The notes below the pieces were generated by a model. The model made no database searches and had not been told where the DNA came from. It saw only the letters and a list, made by a program, of their open reading frames with translations. Positions 27,382 through 35,663 of a stretch of DNA of 64,000 bases are shown here, one piece after another. This DNA is from an uncultured Acidobacteriota bacterium. GTDB taxonomy: Bacteria; Acidobacteriota; Vicinamibacteria; Vicinamibacterales; UBA2999. The DNA lies in NCBI GenBank assembly GCA_963707825.1, contig CAVPRP010000011.1, forward strand, positions 314,952 to 378,951, in the 5' to 3' direction. Both the position numbers and the translations under genes were made by a program. Each line of letters begins with the position of its first letter. The first letter of the stretch is position 1.

Positions 27382-29319
27382 ATGGAACTCATGCAGCGAC
27401 ACATTAGCGCCGGCCTCATGCTCGGCGCGACCCTGCTCGCGACGCTGGTGACCGCGCAGGGGCCGGCGACAGATTTCAAGCCGGATACGGTCTTCGCCGG
27501 CAGCGGCCTGGGCGCGTGGACGGTGGTCGGAGACGGCGCCTGGACGGCCGAGAAGGGCGAGGTGACGGGGAAGGCCGGGCCCGGTGGGAGTTGGCTCGTG
27601 CTCGACCGCCCCTATCAGGACCTGAACTTCTTCTCGCGCTTCCGATGTTCGTCGCCCTGCGACGCCGGTGTGCTCTTTCGGGTGCAGGCCACCGCGGGCG
27701 GCCGCACCGGCATCCTGGTCTCGCTCAAGGACAGCGACCTGGGCACCTATCGCGTCACACTGGATGCGGCCGGGCGTCAGCTGAGCCGCGATCGCCTGCG
27801 GGCCGTGGGGCCGTTCGTGCGCAGCGCCCCGCCGGTCAGCCAGGATGGTGCGAAGCCGCCTGCGATTCAAACGGTCGGGGCCGGGCTGGGCGGTGCTCCA
27901 ATGACGTTGCCAACACCGCTGCCCGACCTGGATCCGCCCGCGCCGGGCGTGCGGCCGAACGACTGGAATCTGCTCAGCGTCGCCATCGACTCCGACGTCA
28001 TCCGTCCGACGCTGAATCACGGCATCGACTTCAGGGCCGGGGCCACCGAAGACCGCATGGGTTTCGGCCCAATCGCGCTCTACGTGAGCTCGGGCGAGGT
28101 GCGATTCAAGGACCTGGCCTTCAAGGATCTCCACGTCAAGACATTGGCGGCCGAAGCCGTTTCGCCCCGCTTCCGCATGCAGCGGCTCGACGACTTCTAC
28201 TATGCGTGGGGCGCCGGCGCCGGCGACTTCAATCGCGACGGCGTGCTCGACGTCGTGTCGGGCCCGTACTACTACCTCGGCCCCGCCTACACCACGCGCC
28301 ACGAGTTGTACGTGGCGCCGGCGCAGAGTCCCACCGCGAACTTCGCGCCGACCTGGACCGATTACGCGTTCGATTTCACCGGCGACGGCTGGACCGACGT
28401 CCTCACCGGCGAGAGCCGGCCGATGACGCTCTACGTCAACCCCAGGGGCGAGAATCGCCGCTGGGTGGGCCACAAGGTGCTGCCCCAGATCACCGGCGAG
28501 TTCACGGCGATGCAGGATCTCGATGGCGATGGCACGCCCGAGATCCTCTTCGTCACGGGCGGCTCCGGCGGAGCGGGCGGCACCATCTCCTATGCCAAGG
28601 TTCATCCCACCGACCCCACCCAGCCCTGGCCGGTGGTCGCGATCTCCGCCCCCGGGCTCGCTCACGGCCACGGCCTGGGGACCGGCGACATCAACGGCGA
28701 CGGTCGCAGCGACGTCGTGCAGGCGGCAGGGTGGTGGGAGCAGCCGGCGCAGGGCGCCGCCGGCCCGTGGCCCTATCACCCCGTGGCATTCGGCCGTTGG
28801 GGCCGGGCCGAAGGCGCCGGCGGGGCGCTGATGGCCGTCTATGACGTGAACGGCGACGGGCTGAACGACGTCGTGACCGGGCTGAACGCCCACGGGTTCG
28901 GCCTGGCCTGGTTCGAGCAAAAGCGCAACGCCGGCGGCGCGATTTCGTTCGTGCGCCACATGATCATCGACGACTACTCGACCAGGAACGCTGGCGGCGT
29001 CACCCTGTCGGAGATGCACGCGGCCGCTGTGGCCGACGTGGATGGCGACGGCATTCCCGACTTCATCACCGGTAAGCGGGTGTTCTCCCACCAGGAGAGC
29101 TACGTCGATCCGGATCCGTACGGCCTGCCGGCGTTGTACTGGTTCAGAACCGTGCGGAACCCCGCGGCGCCGGGCGGCGCCGAGTTCGTGCCCGAGTTGA
29201 TCCACAACCGCTCGGGCGTGGGCGCGCAGTTCACCGCCGTGGACCTCGACAAGGACGGCCGGGTGGACATCGTCACGGCGACCAATCGCGGCACGTTCAT
29301 CTTCTTCGGCACCCGGTAA
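27382..29319 (+). CDS. Exported DUF1080 (3-keto-disaccharide-hydrolase-like) + seven FG-GAP/VCBS repeat protein
   Basis: Has a signal peptide. The N-terminal about 230 aa end in GPIALYVSSGEVRFKDLAFKDL, a DUF1080-like pattern. Seven DxDGDG-type repeats follow (GDFNRDGVLDVV, DFTGDGWTDVL, DLDGDGTPEIL, GDINGDGRSDVV, YDVNGDGLNDVV, ADVDGDGIPDFI, VDLDKDGRVDIV). The start may be ATG 27382 or 27391; the track uses TTG 27373. Confidence 0.7.
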   Translation: MELMQRHISAGLMLGATLLATLVTAQGPATDFKPDTVFAGSGLGAWTVVGDGAWTAEKGEVTGKAGPGGSWLVLDRPYQDLNFFSRFRCSSPCDAGVLFRVQATAGGRTGILVSLKDSDLGTYRVTLDAAGRQLSRDRLRAVGPFVRSAPPVSQDGAKPPAIQTVGAGLGGAPMTLPTPLPDLDPPAPGVRPNDWNLLSVAIDSDVIRPTLNHGIDFRAGATEDRMGFGPIALYVSSGEVRFKDLAFKDLHVKTLAAEAVSPRFRMQRLDDFYYAWGAGAGDFNRDGVLDVVSGPYYYLGPAYTTRHELYVAPAQSPTANFAPTWTDYAFDFTGDGWTDVLTGESRPMTLYVNPRGENRRWVGHKVLPQITGEFTAMQDLDGDGTPEILFVTGGSGGAGGTISYAKVHPTDPTQPWPVVAISAPGLAHGHGLGTGDINGDGRSDVVQAAGWWEQPAQGAAGPWPYHPVAFGRWGRAEGAGGALMAVYDVNGDGLNDVVTGLNAHGFGLAWFEQKRNAGGAISFVRHMIIDDYSTRNAGGVTLSEMHAAAVADVDGDGIPDFITGKRVFSHQESYVDPDPYGLPALYWFRTVRNPAAPGGAEFVPELIHNRSGVGAQFTAVDLDKDGRVDIVTATNRGTFIFFGTR

Positions 29320-29335
29320 ACGAGGTGCGCCGGGC

Positions 29336-29385
29336 TTGACAACACCCAATAGAGTCACTAGAGTGCCGGTGGATCATCGATAATC
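29336..29385 (+). promoter_or_regulatory. Candidate promoter plus TCGATAATC site upstream of the TIM-barrel gene
   Basis: -35 TTGACA at 29336-29341, a 17-nt spacer, and -10 TAGAGT at 29359-29364. TCGATAATC at 29377-29385 is the reverse complement of GATTATCGA. Confidence 0.35.
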
Positions 29386-29408
29386 TATAAACATCGGTAC
29401 CAAACGCT

Positions 29409-30341
29409 ATGACCATTACTCGTCGCACCTTCTCACGCACTGTTGCCCTGGGTCTGGTCGGCGCAGCGCTGCCCGCGGCGGCTCAGCGCAAGTTGAACGT
29501 CAAGGTCGGGCACACCGGCATCACCTGGGCTTGGGGTAATGGCCCTCGGGGTGGCCCGGCCGGGCTCATCAGTCCGGATCCCATCATCGAGGTCGTCCGC
29601 GACGTCTCGGGCCTCGGCTTCCAAGGCCTCGAGTTGTTCGGCTGGCAGATCGAGGGGATGGAGAAGTTCGGCGGCCTTGGGCCGGTTCTGGAGAAATACA
29701 AGCTCCCGCTCGTCTCGAGCTACACCGGCGTCAACCTGACCGACCCGGCCCAGCGGCAGGCGACCATTGCCGCGGCTGTCACCACCGGCAAGCTCGTCAA
29801 GAAGCTCGGCGGCACAGTCATCGTCATCGGCCCCAACGGCGTGCCCCGCGACACCTACGATTTTGCCGCCAACAAGGCCAACATCCTCAGCGCGCTCAAC
29901 GAGGTGGGCCGGGCCTTGACCGACCTCGGGCCTGACGCCGGCCCTGCACCAGCACACCGGCACCTGCATCGAGATCGCGCGACGAGACCTACGCGTCATG
30001 GAGAGCGGTCGACACGCGGTACGTGAAGTTCGGGCCCGACATCGGCCAGCTTCAGAAGGGCGGCTCCGATCCGGTGCAGGTCGTCAAGGACTTCCTGCCG
30101 CTCGTCCATCACATGCACCTCAAGGACTACAGCGGCGGCGAGGCTTTCCTGGGCTACTGCCCGCTCGGCGAGGGCAAGGTCAACATGCCGGCGATCCTCG
30201 ACATGATGGACGGCAAGAAGATCGACGGCATGGTCATGGTCGAACTCGACGGCGGCCCGAACCAGCCGATTGCCGCCAAGGAGACGGCGACGATCGCCAA
30301 GGCCTATCTGGAGAAGCAGGGCGTCGTCACTGCGCGCCTGA
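29409..30341 (+). pseudogene. Tat-signal xylose-isomerase-like TIM-barrel protein (sugar phosphate isomerase/epimerase family) with about 3 frame disruptions
   Basis: MTITRRTFSRTVALGLVGAALPAAAQ is a twin-arginine signal. The body switches frame near 29928 and near 29975 (GLTPALHQHTGTCIE, then RDETYA..VDTRYVKFGPDIGQLQKGG...HMHLKDY). The only suitable stop before the next gene is TGA 30339-30341, in a third frame. The 3' end is uncertain. Confidence 0.65.
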
Positions 30342-30365
30342 GCGCGACCGAGGGGAGGCTCGTCG

Positions 30366-32612
30366 ATGCGCCGGTTCTACGCGATTCTCGCTGTCCTTGT
30401 GCTCGTCGTGGCCGCGCCGGCATTCGCGTACAACGCCAGCCCACCAACTGGAAGGACTACGGGGGCGCGCCGGACAACGCTCGCACTATGTCGCGCTCGA
30501 CCCAGATCACCAACGCTTCGAACTGTCAGCAAGCTCGACGTGGCCTGGTCGCTACCCCGAGCCGGACACGATTCGTACGTCTTCAATCCGCTCGTCGTCG
30601 ACAACGTCGCGTACGTGCTGGCCGCGCAACAACTCGCTCGTCGCCTCGACGCGACCACCGGCAAGGAGCTCTGGATCCACGAGCACCTGCGCGGCATCGC
30701 GCCGCGCGGCATCAACTACTGGGAGAGCAAGGACCGACGGACCGCCGGCTGCTGTTCCAGATGAACAGCTACCTGCAGGCGATCGATGCCCGACGGGCAA
30801 GTCGATCACGACGTTCGGCATCGACGGCGTGGTCAACCTTCGCGAAGGACTGCGGCGCGACCCGGCCGACGCTGGTGAAGGTGCAGTCGTCGAATCCCGG
30901 CAAGATTTTCGAGAACCTGATCATCCTCGGGTCCGCCCCCGGCGAAGGCTACCTGGCGCCGCCGGGCGACCTCCGCGCCTTCGACGTGCGTCACCGGCAA
31001 GCTGGCGTGGCAGTTCCACACCGTGCCGCACCCGGGCGAGTTCGGCTACGACACGTGGCCGAAGGACGCCTGGAAATACATCGGCGGCGCGAACAACTGG
31101 GGCGAGATCATCGATCGACGCGGAGCGCGGCATCGCCTACTTCCCGACCGGCTCGCCCACGTACGACTACTACGGCGCCGATCGCCTGGGCGCCAATCTC
31201 TTCGGCACGTCGCTGGTCGCGCTCGACGCGCGCACCGGCAAGCGGCTGTGGCACTTCCAGATGGTGCATCACGATCTCTGGGACTACGACAACACCGCCG
31301 CGCCGCAGCTGGCGACGGTCACGCACGACGGCAAGCCGATGGACATCGTCGCGCAGGCGGCGAAGACCGGATTCCTGTATGTGTTCGACCGCGTCACCGG
31401 CGAGCCGATCTGGCCCATCGAGGAGCGGCCGGTTCCGAAAGCGACGTGCCGGGCGAGAAGACCTGGCCGACGCAGCCGATTCCCACCATGCCGCCGCCGT
31501 TCGCCCGTCAGTCGCTCACCGCCGCCGACATCAATCCGTACATTCTCACCGGCAGGCAGCGTACCGAGTGGGAGAAGCGCATCGGCAGTGCGCGCAACGA
31601 GGGCCTCTTTACGCCACCCTCGTTCCGCGACACCGTATCGATCCCCGGCGCGCAAGGCGGCGCCAATTGGGGTACTACGGCGGCCGACCCTGCCCGTGGG
31701 CTCGTGTACGTCCTGAGCATCAACGTCCCGTCCATCTACAAGCTGAGCGCCGAAGCGCCACGCCCGGGAGGCCTGGCGCCGGTGGGACCGGCCGAAATCG
31801 CCGCGGGGCGCGCGCTCTACGAGCAGCGCTGTCAGTCGTGCCACGGCGGCAACATGATGGGTGGCGGCAACTATCCGTCGCTCGTCGATGTCGTCGGACG
31901 CCTGGGGGCCGACGGCGTGCGCGAGAAGATCAGCGGCGGCGGCCCCGGCATGCCGCCGAGCAACGATTTGACCGAGCCGCAGCTCGCGTCGCTGGTCGGG
32001 TTCCTCGCCAGCCCCTCGGGCATGCGGTCCGGCGGTTCCACGGATGGCGCGCCGGCGATGCCGCCGGGCCCCGTGGTCGCCTCGGGCGGTGCGCCGGCCG
32101 GCCAGAAGGTCCCGGAAGGGCGACCCGGTGGAATGGTCGGCCCCGATTACCCCAGCGGCATTCCCGTGCCCGAGGTGCGGATGTACACCGGCTATGGAAT
32201 GAACGGCACCATCGTCAAGCCGCCGTACTCCACCCTCACCGCGTACGACCTCAACACCGGGGCGATCAAGTGGCAGGTGCCGGCCGGCGGCGACGACGCC
32301 CGCGCGATCTCGGAGGGCGCCAAGGACACCGGCTACATCTTCCAGCGCACCGGGATCATCACCACGCCAACGGGGTTGCTGTTCCAGGCGGGCGGGGACG
32401 GCACGCTGCGCGTCTACGACTCCGACACCGGCCAGGTGCTGTGGACGGCATCACTGCCGGCCGGGTCGCGCGGGATCCCGGCGATGTACGAAGCCAACGG
32501 GCGCCAGTTCTTCCTGGTGAACGCGACCTCGAGCCAGGGTGGCGGCCCCGCTCGCACGCCGGCAGTGCCCGCCTACGTGGCGTTCGCGCTGCCTGAGGCC
32601 GTCGCGAAATGA
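30366..32612 (+). pseudogene. Exported PQQ-dependent dehydrogenase (glucose/quinate/shikimate family) with an internal cytochrome c domain; at least 12 frame disruptions in the first 1.1 kb
   Basis: RBS GAGGGGAGG and signal peptide MRRFYAILAVLVLVVAAPAFA. Conserved pieces alternate among all three frames between 30437 and 31450 ([94 protein letters not shown]...HHDLWDYD). One frame runs from 31450 to the end and includes CQSCH. Paralog of 47596-49858. Confidence 0.8.
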
Positions 32613-33649
32613 GCCGCAATCCGATTCTGGATTTTGGCATCGACCGGACGGCGCTCGGCTACATCGGCGAAGGCCTGCAACGTCCCGAGTGCATCCTCGC
32701 CGAGCCAGAGGGCACGCTGTGGTCGGCCGATGCCCGCGGCGGTGTCGTCCGCCTCGCCGACGGCGGTCAGCACCTGATCGCACAGGCGCACTCCGATCAC
32801 TTCCGGCAGGCGTCGTCGGAGGCGAGCCGCTATCTGGAAGGCACGCTCCCCAACGGCCTGGCCTTCGCCCGCAACGGCGACATCCTGATCTCCAACTTCG
32901 GGACCGATCGCCTGGAGGTGATGTCGCGCGACGGCCGATCGAACGTGCTCGCTGACAGCGTCAACGGGAAACCGGTCGGGAAGGTCAACTTCGTCCTGCG
33001 CGATTCCAAGGATCGCATCTGGGTGACCGTGTCGACGCGGGTCACCAACTGGATGCACGCGCTCCGGCTCGACCTCGCGGACGGCTACCTCGCGCGCCTC
33101 GACAACGGCACGCTGCGGATCGTGGCCGACGGCTTCCACTTCACCAACGAGATCCGGTTCGACGCCAAGGAGGAGTTCCTCTACGTCGTCGAGACGACCG
33201 GCGGCCGGATCACCCGCCTGCGCATCGACCCCTGCGGGGAAGTGAAGGAGCGCGAGATCTTCGGGCCGAGCAAACTCGGTTCGGGGGCGTGGCCGGACGG
33301 GATCGCGTTCGACAGCTACGGCAACTTGTGGGGCACGCTGGTCTATTCGGACAAGCTGTTCGTGCTGACGCCCGAGGGCGACATGCGCGTGCTGCTCGAT
33401 GAAGGCGATCCGGTGAAGGTCGCCGCGCTGGAGCAGGCGATCGCCGAGAATCGCGTCACCCACGACGTGTTGTTCGCCACCGGCCGGGGCGTCGCGCCGT
33501 GGATGGCCAGCGTGACGTTCGGCGGCCGGGATCTGCAGACGGCCTACATCGGCTCGCTGAAGGGGGATCGCATCCCGTTCTTCCGCGCTCCGGTGCCGGG
33601 TCTGCCGATGGTGCACTGGCACGAGGCCGCCAGCACGCCTTCGACGTAG
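32609..33649 (+). CDS. SMP-30/gluconolactonase/LRE-like beta-propeller protein
   Basis: ATGA overlap with the PQQ gene stop. 346 aa with no obvious signal peptide. The C-terminal 145 aa are near-identical to the fragment at 1-447. Confidence 0.85.
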   Translation: MSRNPILDFGIDRTALGYIGEGLQRPECILAEPEGTLWSADARGGVVRLADGGQHLIAQAHSDHFRQASSEASRYLEGTLPNGLAFARNGDILISNFGTDRLEVMSRDGRSNVLADSVNGKPVGKVNFVLRDSKDRIWVTVSTRVTNWMHALRLDLADGYLARLDNGTLRIVADGFHFTNEIRFDAKEEFLYVVETTGGRITRLRIDPCGEVKEREIFGPSKLGSGAWPDGIAFDSYGNLWGTLVYSDKLFVLTPEGDMRVLLDEGDPVKVAALEQAIAENRVTHDVLFATGRGVAPWMASVTFGGRDLQTAYIGSLKGDRIPFFRAPVPGLPMVHWHEAASTPST

Positions 33650-33689
33650 TGAAGCTCGCACCAACCAGTTGCACTGGAGGAGGATTTCG

Positions 33690-35651
33690 ATGACGCGTGG
33701 ACTCGGACGCTTCGCCGTACTTGCTGTGATACTCGTGTTCGGCGCGTTCGACCCGCCTGGTCTCATCGGCCAGCAAAGCCGCCACGAGCCTGGGGTTGCC
33801 GCCAACTTCGCCGCCGACGGCGCCTTCACTGGATCGAGCCTCACCGGCTGGCGTCCGGTGGGCGGCGCCACCTGGCGCGCCGAGAACGGCGAGATCATCG
33901 CCACGCCCGGGGCCACGGGCGGCTGGCTGCTCGCGGACAAGGCCTACGAAGACGTCTCCATGGTGGCCTCGTTCCGCTGCACCGGCGCCTGCACCACCGG
34001 CCTGCTGGTGCGGGCCGAGCCGACCCCGGGCGGCGGCACGAAGGGCATCCTGGTGTCCGTCACCGCCGAGGAGCGCGCGTTGTATCACGTCACGCTCGAC
34101 GCACAGGGCCGCGAGACGTCGCGGGATCGGCTGAGAGCACCGGCTCCCGGCCAGTTGCGCGTCGCGCCGCCAGCCCCGGCGACCCCGCCAACGCCACCTC
34201 CCGGCGGCGGCCGCGGGCCCGGTGGTCCGCCCCCGATGCCCGGAGGCATGGCGTCACCGATCGCGCGGCCCGAGAACACCGTCAAGGCCGGCGAGTGGAA
34301 CACCATCGAAGTGGCGCTCGACGCCAATATCGTGCGCGCCTTCCTGAACGACGCCGGCGGCATCCGCGACGGCGTGGCCGACCCCGAGTTCGGCGAGTTC
34401 GGGGCGATCGGGCTCTATGCCGGCGGCGCCGGCGAGGTGCGGTTCCGCAAGGTCGCCTACAAGAACCTGCACTCGCGGGTGGTGCCCACCGAACACCTGT
34501 CGAGCAAGTTCCGGCTCCAGGGCCTGACCAACTTCTACTACTCCTGGGGGCCCGCGATCGCCGACTTCAACAAGGACGGCTCGCCTGACATCGTCTCGGG
34601 TCAGTACTACTATCTTGGGCCCAACTACACCGAGGCGCGCCAGATCTACATTCGCGGCACGATCGACCCCGGGACTCAGTACTTCAACGGCCTGCAGTAC
34701 GCCTATGACTTCACCGGCGACGGCTGGCCGGACGTCCTGAACGCCGAGTTCACGCGGCCGGCGGTGCTGTTCGTGAACCCGAAGGGCGAGTCGCGCCGCT
34801 GGGAGACCTACACGGTCACCGACGTGATGTCGTGCGAATTCGTGCTGCTCAAGGACATCGACGGCGATGGCACGTCCGAGTTCCTGTTCAAGGACAGCGA
34901 GAACAAGTTCGTCTATGCCAAGCCCGACCCGGCGAATCCGACCGGGATGTGGATCAAGACCGCCATCAGCGAGCCAGGGCCGTGGGCCAACCACGGCATG
35001 GGCACCGGTGACATCAACGGCGACGGCCGCATCGACTTCGTCAACGCGTTCGGGTGGTGGGAACAGCCGGCGGCCAAGGGTCCGACCTGGACCTATCATC
35101 CGGCGGCGTTCGGCCGCTGGTCGCGGTCGAGCCCAGGCGGCGCCGAAATCGCCGTCTACGACGTCAACGGCGACGGCCTGAACGACGTCGTCACCTCGCT
35201 CCAGGCGCACGGCTGGGGCCTGTCGTGGTTCGAGCAGAAGAAGGCGGCCGACGGCACCCGGTCGTTCGTCGAGCACCAGATCATGGGCGACTTCTCGACG
35301 GTCAACGCCGGCGGGGTGACGTTCTCGGAGCTCCACGGCGCGACCTTCGCGGACATGGACGGCGACGGCCTGCCGGACTTCATCACCGGCAAGCGCCTCT
35401 GGGCCCACCTCGACACGTTCCTCGACCCCGACCCGCAAGGCGAGCCGGTGTTGTACATTTACCGCACGGTCCGCAATCCCAAGGCGCCCGGCGGGGCGGA
35501 GTTCGTCCCCGAGCTGGTGCACAATCGCTCGGGCGTCGGCTCACATGTCGCCGTCGCCGACTTGAACAAGGACGGCGCCCCCGAGATCATCACTGGCACG
35601 AAACTCGGGACGTTCATCTTCTGGAACCAGTGGAAGGGCGCCCGCCGCTGA
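33690..35651 (+). CDS. Exported DUF1080-like + FG-GAP/VCBS repeat protein (paralog of 27382-29319)
   Basis: RBS GGAGGAGG. Same architecture as the paralog: DUF1080-like part ending GAIGLYAGGAGEVRFRKVAYKNL, a Pro/Gly-rich linker, then seven DxDGDG repeats. Confidence 0.7.
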   Translation: MTRGLGRFAVLAVILVFGAFDPPGLIGQQSRHEPGVAANFAADGAFTGSSLTGWRPVGGATWRAENGEIIATPGATGGWLLADKAYEDVSMVASFRCTGACTTGLLVRAEPTPGGGTKGILVSVTAEERALYHVTLDAQGRETSRDRLRAPAPGQLRVAPPAPATPPTPPPGGGRGPGGPPPMPGGMASPIARPENTVKAGEWNTIEVALDANIVRAFLNDAGGIRDGVADPEFGEFGAIGLYAGGAGEVRFRKVAYKNLHSRVVPTEHLSSKFRLQGLTNFYYSWGPAIADFNKDGSPDIVSGQYYYLGPNYTEARQIYIRGTIDPGTQYFNGLQYAYDFTGDGWPDVLNAEFTRPAVLFVNPKGESRRWETYTVTDVMSCEFVLLKDIDGDGTSEFLFKDSENKFVYAKPDPANPTGMWIKTAISEPGPWANHGMGTGDINGDGRIDFVNAFGWWEQPAAKGPTWTYHPAAFGRWSRSSPGGAEIAVYDVNGDGLNDVVTSLQAHGWGLSWFEQKKAADGTRSFVEHQIMGDFSTVNAGGVTFSELHGATFADMDGDGLPDFITGKRLWAHLDTFLDPDPQGEPVLYIYRTVRNPKAPGGAEFVPELVHNRSGVGSHVAVADLNKDGAPEIITGTKLGTFIFWNQWKGARR

Positions 35652-35663
35652 CGGCGCCCAGGA

